From positions 167,601-231,600 of the forward strand of contig JACKGU010000001.1 in NCBI GenBank assembly GCA_020631855.1: a stretch of DNA of 64,000 bases. Reading direction: 5' to 3'. A program made the position numbers and the translations under genes. The notes below the pieces were generated by a model. That model saw only the letters and a list, made by a program, of their open reading frames with translations, had not been told where the DNA came from and ran no database searches. How positions within the stretch are numbered: position 1 is the first letter of the stretch; every line of letters begins with the position of its first letter. Of this stretch, positions 48,120-57,196 are shown one piece after another. Source of the DNA: Candidatus Nomurabacteria bacterium (lineage in GTDB: Bacteria; Patescibacteriota; WWE3; UBA101185; UBA10185).

Positions 48120-48206
48120 GCCGTGGTGGCGGAATGGTATACGCGTTGGTCTCAAAAACCAATGGGATTTTTTCCCGTGTGGGTTCGACTCCCACCCACG
48201 GCACCA
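48120..48206 (+). tRNA. tRNA-Leu (anticodon CAA), type II with a long variable arm.
   Basis: GCCGTGGTGGCGGAATGGTATACGCGTTGGTCTCAAAAACCAATGGGATTTTTTCCCGTGTGGGTTCGACTCCCACCCACGGCACCA. The acceptor stem is GCCGTGG/CCACGGC. The anticodon stem is TTGGT/ACCAA with loop CTCAAAA. Confidence 0.85.
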
Positions 48207-48225
48207 GTCACAGAAAGGGGACAAT

Positions 48226-48777
48226 ATGATAGCAACAGAACTAAAAACAGGCACAATATTCAAGGAAAACGAAGTTCCTTATTTAGTCTTGAAGTACACG
48301 CATACTAAAGTTGCCAGATCAGGGGCAAATGTAAAGGTTAAAGCAAAGAGCCTTTTAAACGGCTCCGTTATAGAGAAAAGTTATAACGGCACAACAAAGC
48401 TGGAAGAAGCGGATATATTTAGAAAAAGCGCCCAGTATCTTTATAAAGAAGGCGGTTATATTTTTATGGATCCTGATACTTTTGAGCAATTTACAATTCC
48501 TGAAGATATATTAGGAGAGTCGGCGCAGTTTTTGCGAGAAGGGGAGAGTGTGCAAGTACTTTATTTTGAGGACGCCCCTATTTCTGTTGAGCTTCCGATA
48601 AGTATGCTTTTTGAAGTAACTTACACCGAGCCTGGTTTTAAGGGTAACACTGTTTCAAATGTCTATAAAGACGCTACAGTTGATAACGGGGCTGTTGTGA
48701 AAGTTCCTTCCTTTATTAATATTGGCGAAAAGGTTAAAATAGATACAAGAACAGGCGAGTACATTTCCAGAGCTTAG
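48226..48777 (+). CDS. efp: Elongation factor P.
   Basis: MIATELKTGTIF...VKPGKGGAF-like region (TKVARSGANVKVK) and three OB/KOW domains. The ORF-track N-terminus overlaps tRNA-Leu and was trimmed to M39. Confidence 0.9.
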   Translation: MIATELKTGTIFKENEVPYLVLKYTHTKVARSGANVKVKAKSLLNGSVIEKSYNGTTKLEEADIFRKSAQYLYKEGGYIFMDPDTFEQFTIPEDILGESAQFLREGESVQVLYFEDAPISVELPISMLFEVTYTEPGFKGNTVSNVYKDATVDNGAVVKVPSFINIGEKVKIDTRTGEYISRA

Positions 48778-48858
48778 GAATGGTATTTATTTGGAGATGT
48801 TTCTGAGCAATATTTGCTCATGTTCGATTTGCCGCACCTCGAACTATTCTAATAACTT

Positions 48859-49776
48859 ATGTTACCCGCTATTTTAACTATCAACACTTTTACTCTTTCT
48901 ACGTACTATATTTTTGGGTTTATAGGATTCTTGTTCTCACTTTTTATTGTTTGGTATGAGGCGAAGCGAGATGGTTTCGAGCTTGAAAAAGCTTTAGATA
49001 TTTTTTTTGTGTCTTTTGGGGCTGCAGCACTTTCCGGGTACTTTTTTAAGCTTGAGATCGCATACTTTGTTTTTTGGCTTATTGTTTATATTTGGGCTAA
49101 GCATATTAATTGGTCACACTTTAGGTTGTATGATATTTTTTCTACTGCTCTGTACATCGAATTTATTTGGGTATTTGCAGGGTTAATATTAACTAACAGT
49201 TTCCCGGACTATTCAGTGCAGATTTACCTGTTTTCCTTGGTTTTACTGGTTTTATTTATTTTCGGTTTTTTATTTAGGGTAAAACTTACTTCCGGTTTTA
49301 CTTTCTCGCTTTCAACCATTGTGGCCGGCTCAGGGCTGTTTCTTTTATTTCGCAGTGTGCTGGTATTGCCTTTTTACATATCCTTATTTACAATAAGCAT
49401 AGTAACTCTTTATTTAAGGCAAAAAAGCATGAGTAGTCTACCACAAACTTTTATAGACAGAATGAAATCTCTTTTAAAAAGGAAAAACGCCCAGCTTGAA
49501 GCTGAGCAAAAATCTCTATTGGATAAAGATCCGTATTTAGCTCCAGGAAGAACCGAGGAGAATGAAATATTGGATGATGTCAACGAAGATCTTGAAAAAG
49601 AGCTTTACGATAAAAAAGTGAATTTTATTCGTTCTCTTCAGTCCCAAGTTCAAAGAGCCTTGGCTCGAATGCGCGCAGGGAAGTACGGTGTGTGCGAGGT
49701 CTGTGGTAAGGAAATAGGCAAAGAGCGGTTGGAAGCTCTTCCAGAGGCTACAAGATGCGTTCAGCATGCTGAGTAA
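48859..49776 (+). CDS. Lgt-like polytopic membrane domain fused in frame to a DksA/TraR-family C4 zinc-finger domain. It may be two genes.
   Basis: Residues 1–190 form about six transmembrane helices. The N-terminus resembles Lgt TM1–TM2 (FIVWYEAKRDGF..ALDIFFVSFGAAALSGYFF), but the Lgt signature GNFxNxE was not found. Residues 191–305 (MSSLPQTF...GKYGVCEVCGKEIGKERLEALPEATRCVQHAE) are a YteA/DksA-like domain. An internal ATG at 49429 has AAGG upstream. Confidence 0.5.
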   Translation: MLPAILTINTFTLSTYYIFGFIGFLFSLFIVWYEAKRDGFELEKALDIFFVSFGAAALSGYFFKLEIAYFVFWLIVYIWAKHINWSHFRLYDIFSTALYIEFIWVFAGLILTNSFPDYSVQIYLFSLVLLVLFIFGFLFRVKLTSGFTFSLSTIVAGSGLFLLFRSVLVLPFYISLFTISIVTLYLRQKSMSSLPQTFIDRMKSLLKRKNAQLEAEQKSLLDKDPYLAPGRTEENEILDDVNEDLEKELYDKKVNFIRSLQSQVQRALARMRAGKYGVCEVCGKEIGKERLEALPEATRCVQHAE

Positions 49777-50098
49777 CTTAGCTCAATCTGTGTTTTTTCT
49801 CAACCCTAATTGCAAGGGCGTTGCGTTTCTTCTCATTAATCCATATGTCGGTTTTGTGTTAAACGCGTTGTCGTTGTTGGTTATAATTATTCTTCTTAGC
49901 ACCCGGTTTAGAAATCGTGGTGAAAGGTTTTTTGCGCTGCTTATTTTTTCCGGAGGATTGTTCCATCTCTTATCGCGTTTAGTGTCGGGGTGTGTTTATG
50001 ATTACTTTAATGTTTTTGGAATAAGCTTTGACTTGGCCGATGTATTTATAAATTTAGGGCTTTTTGGTTTAACACTGTGTATTTTAAAACAGAAATAA
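49766..50098 (+). CDS. lspA: Lipoprotein signal peptidase II (short form, 110 aa).
   Basis: The N-terminus has LNPNCKGVAFLL (N.G.AF). The C-terminus GGLFHLLSRLVSGCVYDYFNVFGISFDLADVFINLG fits the LspA pattern G..GNL.DR...G.V.D......FN.AD..I..G. Confidence 0.65.
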   Translation: MLSNLAQSVFFLNPNCKGVAFLLINPYVGFVLNALSLLVIIILLSTRFRNRGERFFALLIFSGGLFHLLSRLVSGCVYDYFNVFGISFDLADVFINLGLFGLTLCILKQK

Positions 50099-50116
50099 TT
50101 AGGTTAATATATTAAC

Positions 50117-50506
50117 ATGGGTGATACATTTATAAACAAAACAATTCTCCTTGTAGAAGATGAAGATGATATAAGATCAGTATATGCTGAAGTGCTTAAA
50201 GACGACGGCTTTACTGTTATAGAAGCTTCAGACGGCTTGTCGGCATATGATTTGGCCGTGAATAAATTTTGGGATTTAATGCTTTTGGACATCATGATCC
50301 CAAAACTTGACGGTATAGGTTTAATGAAAAGATTGGCTAGGGAAGATAAGCTGGATTCACGCCCGGTAATTTTGCTTACAAATCTAGGTAATGACAGTGT
50401 TATAGCTGAAGCTTTTGACTTAGGTGCCTCCGGTTACTTAATGAAGGCGGAAATTACGCCGGACAAGATTCTGCAGGAGATAAAGGCTTATCTAAAAATA
50501 AGCTAA
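50117..50506 (+). CDS. Stand-alone response-regulator receiver (CheY-like) domain protein.
   Basis: ILLVEDEDDIR...DLMLLDIMIPKLDG carries the phospho-acceptor Asp. The conserved Lys region is LTNLG. Confidence 0.8.
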   Translation: MGDTFINKTILLVEDEDDIRSVYAEVLKDDGFTVIEASDGLSAYDLAVNKFWDLMLLDIMIPKLDGIGLMKRLAREDKLDSRPVILLTNLGNDSVIAEAFDLGASGYLMKAEITPDKILQEIKAYLKIS

Positions 50507-50566
50507 TTTGATTCAGATTTTTGTTATAATAACCTTTGGTATTAATATATGAGGAAAGGAAGTAAG

Positions 50567-50935
50567 ATGGCGAAAATAATTCTCATAGAGGATGAACAGG
50601 CTCTTTCAGAGGTATATTCCGAAGTATTAAGAGATGCGGGGTATGAGGTGTCGCAATGCTTTGACGGCGAGGAAGGCCTAAAGACTTTAAGAGCAGGTTC
50701 TTGGGATTTACTTTTGCTGGACTTAATGTTGCCTAAAATTGATGGAATAGAGATTTTGCAGCAGCTTGTGAATGAAGGCTTGCTTGAGGGTAGAAGTGTT
50801 ATAATGCTGACAAATTTAGGCAGCGATGAACTTGTAAATAAATGTTCGGTACTTGGCGCAAAAGAGTTTTTGATCAAATCTGATATTGACCCTAAGGTGT
50901 TGGTTGAGGCTGTAGGAAAGGCGCTCTCAAAATAA
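50567..50935 (+). CDS. Stand-alone response-regulator receiver domain protein (paralogue).
   Basis: MAKIILIEDEQ...DLLLLDLMLPKIDG...MLTNLG. A good RBS GAGGAAAGGAAG sits upstream. No output domain and no histidine kinase is present in the window. Confidence 0.8.
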   Translation: MAKIILIEDEQALSEVYSEVLRDAGYEVSQCFDGEEGLKTLRAGSWDLLLLDLMLPKIDGIEILQQLVNEGLLEGRSVIMLTNLGSDELVNKCSVLGAKEFLIKSDIDPKVLVEAVGKALSK

Positions 50936-51024
50936 ACTCGGATTTACTAGAGAATTTTATCCAATTCAATAAGAACGTTTTTACATCTTTAAGATTGCCT
51001 TTGCTTCTTTCGCTAAAATAATTT

Positions 51025-51714
51025 ATGAACTTAAAAGACAGAATAATTTTTGAAGATGATTTGATTTTAGTTTTAGACAAACCGGCAGGTGTTGTGGTGA
51101 ATATATCTCAAACCTCTCCCGAGTCAACTGTTCAGAACTTTGTGGCGGAATATCTAAATCTACATCCATATAAAGATAGAGAAGATGATTTTTATCAAAG
51201 ATGTGGCATTGTGCATAGGCTAGATAAAGCAACTTCCGGAGTTCTGGTTGTGGCAAAGACACCGGATTCTTTTGTTGACATTCAAAGTTTATTTAAAGAT
51301 AGAAAAATTCAAAAAGTTTATGTAGCCATTGTTCACGGGAAGATAGAAGACGCAAAAATTATTATTGACGCGCCCCTTTCCAGAGATCCAAAAAGACGAA
51401 CAAAGTTTGCAGTAGTTAAGGGAGGCAAAGAAAGTTCCACTGATATATCGGTTATTAAAAACTTTGCTTTAAGGGGCGAAGAGTTAACTGAAGTCGAAGT
51501 TAAACCTCTAACAGGCAGAACACACCAAATACGTGTGCATTTGGCCGCAATTAATAGCCCGATAGTGGGAGATGTTCTATATTCCACACGTAAAAAACTG
51601 ATTTGGTCCCAGGAGTGCGGCATTAATAGAATGTTATTACATGCAAAAGCACTAACTATTCCCGGATACGGGGAGTTCCAAGCTTCGGTGCCTTCTGATT
51701 TTAACCTAATTTAA
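51025..51714 (+). CDS. RluA-family pseudouridine synthase.
   Basis: It has the catalytic motif HRLDKATSGVLVVAKT. Confidence 0.8.
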   Translation: MNLKDRIIFEDDLILVLDKPAGVVVNISQTSPESTVQNFVAEYLNLHPYKDREDDFYQRCGIVHRLDKATSGVLVVAKTPDSFVDIQSLFKDRKIQKVYVAIVHGKIEDAKIIIDAPLSRDPKRRTKFAVVKGGKESSTDISVIKNFALRGEELTEVEVKPLTGRTHQIRVHLAAINSPIVGDVLYSTRKKLIWSQECGINRMLLHAKALTIPGYGEFQASVPSDFNLI

Positions 51715-51826
51715 AGAGATCTGATTTACATGATAATGTGTGAGATGGCCAAAACATACTTAAATGGTCTGTTCTAGGTTGGATAACTTTACACAACATG
51801 GGTTATTGCAGTAGAATCAAAACAGT

Positions 51827-52984
51827 ATGCCCACTACTGCCAAATCGCTAAGCAAAAACAAATCTTTTAAAGCAAAAACCTTAAGAGGTTCTAAAGGTAA
51901 AACAAAGGCATCTGCGTTAAAAAGAAACTCACGATCCTTAAAGATTAAATCTAAATCCACTTATAAAAATAAAAAAATTGCTAAAAAAAGAAGTTTTGCA
52001 TCGTATTTTCCTTTATTTGTGTTGTTTGTTGCGTCATTAGTAATTTTATCTGCAACTGTCATGTATAAAAATTATTTACAAGGATTTGCTTCAGCATCTT
52101 CTATTTCTGCATTTTCTCTGCAAGACACCGACATTTTTTCAGCGGCGGTTGTTTATGTAGACTCCATGCCACAGCTAGGTAAAGACTATACTCCAGATGT
52201 AATTTCGGCAGTAATATACATTTATGACACGAACAATATGTCAATAAATGTTTTTAACATCGATAATGATTTAGAGATCGACATGCCGGGCAGGCTTGGG
52301 GACGACACATTAGAAAAAATTTATGCGCTTTCTCTAATGATAACAAACGGCGACACGGCGGAATCGGATCATTATATTAAGCATTCTCTATCCAGATTAA
52401 TAGGTTTTCCTATAGACAGGCTAGTTGTTGCTTCGGATGAAGATCGTTCTGACGTAGAGAGCCTTCTATTAAGAGGGGCAGAAATTTCACCCTTGCTCAT
52501 AAAAGACATAAATTTGTATGTAAATGAGGTTAGCACCGATCTAACCAAACAGGAAATACTTTACATTGCAAGAGAAGCAAATAAGTCCCAAGGAAACATT
52601 TCGGAAATTGATTTAACATCTGATTTGTCTCAAAGTTCTGATAGTTTGATTCAGGAAATTACATTTGGATCGGAGATCTCGGTTGAGGGAAAGACCGTAG
52701 CAGTTTTAAACGGTACAACAACAGTAGGTGCGGCAAATGATGTTGCACGGGCAATAGAGAACATGGGAGGCAGAGTTATTACCGTTGGAAATGCAGATAG
52801 GCAGCACGACACAACCACTCTTTTGATTGATGACCCGGATAGTGCTGCAGCAAGAGGCATATACCGTTTCTTTGACATTTCTGATATAAGGCTTAAAGAT
52901 AATCCTGGAGATATTATAGACGCTGAAGTTAATAGAGCCGACATAGTTTTTATTGTCGGAGTTGACATGCTAGATCAGCTTTGA
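51827..52984 (+). CDS. LytR-CpsA-Psr (LCP) family protein with a LytR_C domain.
   Basis: The N-terminus is K-rich followed by one transmembrane helix. The LCP-like core is VIYIYDTNNMSINVFNIDNDLEIDMPGRLG..KIYAL. The C-terminus VAVLNGTTTVGAANDVARAIENMGGRVITVGNA is a LytR C-terminal domain. Confidence 0.65.
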   Translation: MPTTAKSLSKNKSFKAKTLRGSKGKTKASALKRNSRSLKIKSKSTYKNKKIAKKRSFASYFPLFVLFVASLVILSATVMYKNYLQGFASASSISAFSLQDTDIFSAAVVYVDSMPQLGKDYTPDVISAVIYIYDTNNMSINVFNIDNDLEIDMPGRLGDDTLEKIYALSLMITNGDTAESDHYIKHSLSRLIGFPIDRLVVASDEDRSDVESLLLRGAEISPLLIKDINLYVNEVSTDLTKQEILYIAREANKSQGNISEIDLTSDLSQSSDSLIQEITFGSEISVEGKTVAVLNGTTTVGAANDVARAIENMGGRVITVGNADRQHDTTTLLIDDPDSAAARGIYRFFDISDIRLKDNPGDIIDAEVNRADIVFIVGVDMLDQL

Positions 52985-53014
52985 GAGACTTAGACAAGAG
53001 TCTTTCGAGCCTCT

Positions 53015-55558
53015 TTGTTTTGTCGAAAAGTCCGATCCACATCACCTAAAAACATGTTTGAATTGTTATACGTATTAGTGCCCATACTTACTGTTGTAGG
53101 TATTGTATATGTCCTTTTTTTTAATCGTAGAGTCTCGAAAGGCTATATAGTTGCCGATTCGGTTTTTCCCGATTTTAAGCTACTTGAGATTCAGGTTCCC
53201 AAGAACGAAGATGCGTCGAAGGATTCCGCAATCTCTTCTTTATCGGCCGAACATTTATTTGCAGCTCTGCACGGAATACTAAAAGAAGAATCAAATATTC
53301 AAGAGCACGTATCTTTGGAGATAAAAGGTGATAAAGAAGGTATTAAGTTCTACGTTGGTGCCCCTGCAAGTATTTTAAAATACATCGAGAGCCAAATTTA
53401 TGCCCAATACCCCCAGGCTCATATTAGTGTTTACAACGGCCATAACTATTTAGGCGATCGCACAGGTATTTTTGAGGTCGGATCTATGAGCTTGGAAAAA
53501 GATTTCATTTTTCCAATAAGGGTTTTTAGGGATTTTGAGATAGATCCTCTTGCTAACATTGCTTCAACACTCTCTGAAATTAAAGAAGATGATCAAATAA
53601 TTATTCAAACGCTTTTTAAACCTGTGCCCGATGGTTGGCAAGAGAAGGGCTATAAATATTTGGCGGCTGTTACAGGAGGAAATTCTGTAGAATCTGACCC
53701 TTTTTTAAAAGACATTTCTCGCAGTTTATTTACGGAAATATTAAGTATATTAAAAAATATTCCTGTTATTATGATTCGTGGCTATGCAGATGAACCACAG
53801 GGCCAATTTAAGGTAAGAGAAGGAGGCGGGGTAAGGCTCTCGGCTTTTCAAGAGTTAGAGATTAAGGCTGTTGAGCACAAACTCACGCACATGGGCTTTG
53901 CGGTTCAAATGCGCGTGTACATAGCCTCGGCGACTTCCGGAAGAATAGATGACCTGAAACGTTCGGTTGGCTCTGCGTATAAACAGTTCAGCATGACAGG
54001 TCTTAACAGCATGAACCTGACATTGGAGTCGAACAGGCGCTCGGCATTAGACGACTTTAGAGTAAGGCAATTCGATGCTTATAAGTCTTTTATTCTAAAT
54101 TCCGAAGAGTTGGCGACTATTTTTCATCTCCCGTCAGCCTCTTCGGATCTTCCAAGTATTTCGTGGGTATATTCCAGAAAATCAGAACCGCCTTCAGTTT
54201 TGCCCACCGAAGATTGTACTTACATTGGCGATACTGTGTACCGCGGAAAAAAAGTTCGTTTTGGCCTTTCTAATGGAGACGACAGGCTTCGCCATATGTA
54301 TCTTATTGGTAAATCAGGTACCGGAAAATCTACTTTGATGGAGGCGATGGTTTTGCAGGATATTATAAGAGGGGAGGGGGTCTGTTTACTTGATCCTCAC
54401 GGCGAGACTATTGATAAGGTTTTGGATCGTATTCCCGATCATAGAATTGAAGATGTAGTCGTTGTTGACCCTTCTGATACGGAAATGCCCGTCGGGATAA
54501 ATTTATTAGAGTTGTCGCATCCCGATCAAAAAAATTTGATGGCTTCAGGGTTGGTTTCTGCAATTAGGCATCACTTTGATTATTCTTGGGGGCCCAGGCT
54601 GGAGTATTTATTAAATTACTCACTTTTAACATTGTTGGAGGTTCCCGGAACATCTATGCTTGGCGTGACAAGGTTATTGGAGGATGTAAACTATCAAAAA
54701 TATATTTTACACAATGTAAAAGATCCCGTTATTCAAGCATTTTGGGACAAGGAATACAAGGAAATGAGGGGCAATGCTAAGTTAGTTACTGAGGCTATAG
54801 CGCCAATTCAGAACAAAGTAAACCGCTTTCTATCTTCAAGCACAATTAGAAATATTCTTGTTCAGAGAAGATCCACTATTGATATTTGGGACATAATGAA
54901 TTCGGGCAAAATTTTGTTGATAAACTTATCAAAAGGAAAGATAGGAGAAGACAATGCCAATCTCTTAGGGGCTTTGTTGGTTTCTCGAATTCAGTTTTAC
55001 GCTTTACAAAGAGCAAATATAACTTACGACAAGCGGAAGCCCTTTTATCTTTATGTAGACGAGTTTCAAAATTTTGCCACCGGCAGCTTTGAGTCAATTC
55101 TATCTGAATCGAGAAAATATAAGTTAGGTTTATACCTGACTCATCAGTACACCGCACAGCTTCCCGAGGATCTCCAGAAGGCGGTTTTCGGTAATGTTGG
55201 TACAATTGCGGCTTTTTCACTTGGAGCCCCGGATGCTCGCATATTACAAAGTGAGTTCGCCCCGTATTTTGACTCCGAGGACATCATTTCTCTAGAGAGA
55301 TTTAATATATACATTAAACTTATGATTGATGGCATGACTTCTTTGCCGTTTTCAGCTAAAATATTATTGCCATGGGAAGAAGAAGGTCTCATACCAAAGA
55401 CAGGCAATAGAGAGAAAATTCTTGAGCTCAGTCGACGTAAGTACGGGGTGCCGAGAGATCGCGTAGAGTCAGCTGTCAATAAATGGATTGAAAGGCCTTT
55501 TGACAAAGGCATGGCAATAGCTGAACAAATTAAGAGAGGTGGTACAAATGGACAATAG
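53015..55558 (+). CDS. Membrane-anchored P-loop ATPase of the HerA/FtsK/VirB4 (DUF87-like) clade (847 aa).
   Basis: A transmembrane helix is at aa 17–36 (LLYVLVPILTVVGIVYVLFF). About 400 aa of N-terminal domain has unknown function. Walker A is LIGKSGTGKST and is followed by VCLLDPHGE, which resembles the HerA DPHGEY motif. Walker B is YLYVDEFQNF. The start could be M14. Confidence 0.6.
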   Translation: MFCRKVRSTSPKNMFELLYVLVPILTVVGIVYVLFFNRRVSKGYIVADSVFPDFKLLEIQVPKNEDASKDSAISSLSAEHLFAALHGILKEESNIQEHVSLEIKGDKEGIKFYVGAPASILKYIESQIYAQYPQAHISVYNGHNYLGDRTGIFEVGSMSLEKDFIFPIRVFRDFEIDPLANIASTLSEIKEDDQIIIQTLFKPVPDGWQEKGYKYLAAVTGGNSVESDPFLKDISRSLFTEILSILKNIPVIMIRGYADEPQGQFKVREGGGVRLSAFQELEIKAVEHKLTHMGFAVQMRVYIASATSGRIDDLKRSVGSAYKQFSMTGLNSMNLTLESNRRSALDDFRVRQFDAYKSFILNSEELATIFHLPSASSDLPSISWVYSRKSEPPSVLPTEDCTYIGDTVYRGKKVRFGLSNGDDRLRHMYLIGKSGTGKSTLMEAMVLQDIIRGEGVCLLDPHGETIDKVLDRIPDHRIEDVVVVDPSDTEMPVGINLLELSHPDQKNLMASGLVSAIRHHFDYSWGPRLEYLLNYSLLTLLEVPGTSMLGVTRLLEDVNYQKYILHNVKDPVIQAFWDKEYKEMRGNAKLVTEAIAPIQNKVNRFLSSSTIRNILVQRRSTIDIWDIMNSGKILLINLSKGKIGEDNANLLGALLVSRIQFYALQRANITYDKRKPFYLYVDEFQNFATGSFESILSESRKYKLGLYLTHQYTAQLPEDLQKAVFGNVGTIAAFSLGAPDARILQSEFAPYFDSEDIISLERFNIYIKLMIDGMTSLPFSAKILLPWEEEGLIPKTGNREKILELSRRKYGVPRDRVESAVNKWIERPFDKGMAIAEQIKRGGTNGQ

Positions 55559-56270
55559 AGATTTAAAAGAGAGGCTTTTAAATTTAAAATCAAACCTAGC
55601 AAAAGTTATTTCGGAGATAGATAAAATTTATGCGGCTTTGGATAGGGTTGAAGATTCACCTCCAGCAAAAAAGGACCCAAGTCTCTTAGTGGCCGCGCAG
55701 CTTCCGAGAGAGGTTGACCTCCCGGTGGCACCGGTTGCCGTTGAAGAAGCCGCGAACGCGATTGAAACATCTTATTTAAACCAAGTTGCAGAGACGGATG
55801 CCGGCATTCGAGGTAGTTTTGACGGCTTAAACTTGGTTACTCTAGAAGGGGAAACTTACGAGGTTCCTGCAAATTATGCAGCAAAAACAAAATTAGTTTG
55901 TGGAGACACTCTAATTATGCAGTCGCATGAAGGTCGTAACTTATTTAAGGTGATAGACAGGGTTCCGACCATAGAGATTTCAGGAATAGCAATGAAAAAA
56001 GATGATGGGTGGTTTATTTTAAACGCCGACAAGTCCTATAAAATCTCGGATGCTGCTGCTGACTTTAACAAGCTCAGTGAGCACTGTGAGGTTAAAGTTC
56101 TAATACCGGAAAATTCAAGTAATTGTAATTTTGCAACTTTTGTCGAGGCAGTGTGTGAGGACGAAAATAAAGGTTCTACATCCTCCGCTGATACTTCGGA
56201 AGGTAGTTCGGCCCCCAAAGACCTTTCTTTAGGAAATCTTCGCGTCATAGAAGATGATGATCTTCGTTAA
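55548..56270 (+). CDS. Hypothetical protein (240 aa) translationally coupled to the upstream ATPase.
   Basis: Its ATG overlaps the upstream TAG (ATGGACAATAG). The N-terminus is a coiled coil and the C-terminus is acidic and S-rich. No motif was found. Confidence 0.5.
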   Translation: MDNRDLKERLLNLKSNLAKVISEIDKIYAALDRVEDSPPAKKDPSLLVAAQLPREVDLPVAPVAVEEAANAIETSYLNQVAETDAGIRGSFDGLNLVTLEGETYEVPANYAAKTKLVCGDTLIMQSHEGRNLFKVIDRVPTIEISGIAMKKDDGWFILNADKSYKISDAAADFNKLSEHCEVKVLIPENSSNCNFATFVEAVCEDENKGSTSSADTSEGSSAPKDLSLGNLRVIEDDDLR

Positions 56271-56354
56271 GTAAGATATATTTACATGCCTGAGAGTCTC
56301 TAAGAGTTTTTCTATAATGTTAGTCTAAAGATTGTAGCTTTTTTCTTCTGAGTA

Positions 56355-57017
56355 TTATTCGTCGTCAAAACTATCAACTTCAATTTCGTGCTCTTCGATA
56401 GAGCCTTTTTTCATGTATGGCCTAACATCCTGTTTTTCTTGTTTGAAAATAGGCCTATCGGCTTTAAGCAGTATATCAACACAGTTTTTTGTCTCATTTG
56501 ATTGACCGATGTACTGTGCGCTCACCTTCGCGCCTTCCTTTGTGTGAAGATATATTTTTAGGGCCATGGGACCTCCGATTTGAGCTATTTCTTTTGAACT
56601 GTGTATTAGAAGTGTTTTAGTTTTTAAAATTCTCATACTAAACGTTTGTCCTTTTGCCAGCCTTTCCCATATCTTTGATTTACTTATAACTTCAGCTTTA
56701 ACTTCCTCAGATGTCCCGGGCTCTTTTATTACTGCGCCGGAGTTAATTGCAACTTTAGCTGATTTTGATTTTGCGAGTTCGTAGTTCTTTTTAGCTATTT
56801 GATTTATGGGGTCTTGTTCAAGAACCGCCTTAAACATCTTGCTGGCATTTCTGAAATCTTTAGATAGTAAATATGCCCTTCCAAGTCTAATTTTAGCTTG
56901 AAGGTTCGTGGGATCAAGGTCTAACAGCTCTTTGTTTGTGGCTATTGCTTCTGCCCAGTTTTCACATAGCGCTAACTTAATGGCCTTTTTTTCAAGTGCT
57001 GATAAGCTTTGTTGCAT
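56355..57017 (-). CDS. TPR-repeat protein.
   Basis: It has two or three TPR-like helical repeats (NWAEAIATNKELLDLDPTNLQAKIRLGRAYLLSKDFRNASKMFKAVLEQDP) and a C-terminal domain of unknown function. Confidence 0.5.
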   Translation of the reverse strand: MQQSLSALEKKAIKLALCENWAEAIATNKELLDLDPTNLQAKIRLGRAYLLSKDFRNASKMFKAVLEQDPINQIAKKNYELAKSKSAKVAINSGAVIKEPGTSEEVKAEVISKSKIWERLAKGQTFSMRILKTKTLLIHSSKEIAQIGGPMALKIYLHTKEGAKVSAQYIGQSNETKNCVDILLKADRPIFKQEKQDVRPYMKKGSIEEHEIEVDSFDDE

Positions 57018-57196
57018 GTGTATGAAGTTATCAAAAATACACCAAAAGTCAATAAACAGTTTTAAGTGTTTGGCCAAAAAAGCTTTTATAAAAGCTGAAA
57101 TTTAAAAATAGATTTTGCTGTCAGACTTTTCCTAGTAGCGCCTTAAATAAATTTTTCGGACTGCTTTAGAGAATAAAGCGTGGTAGAATATTATGT

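Noticed and set aside
54586-55220. Small ORFs (54586–54780 +, 54876–55220 −, 54886–55092 +) inside the HerA-like ATPase gene.
   Set aside because: They are internal or antisense to a long ORF with clear Walker motifs. They are spurious.
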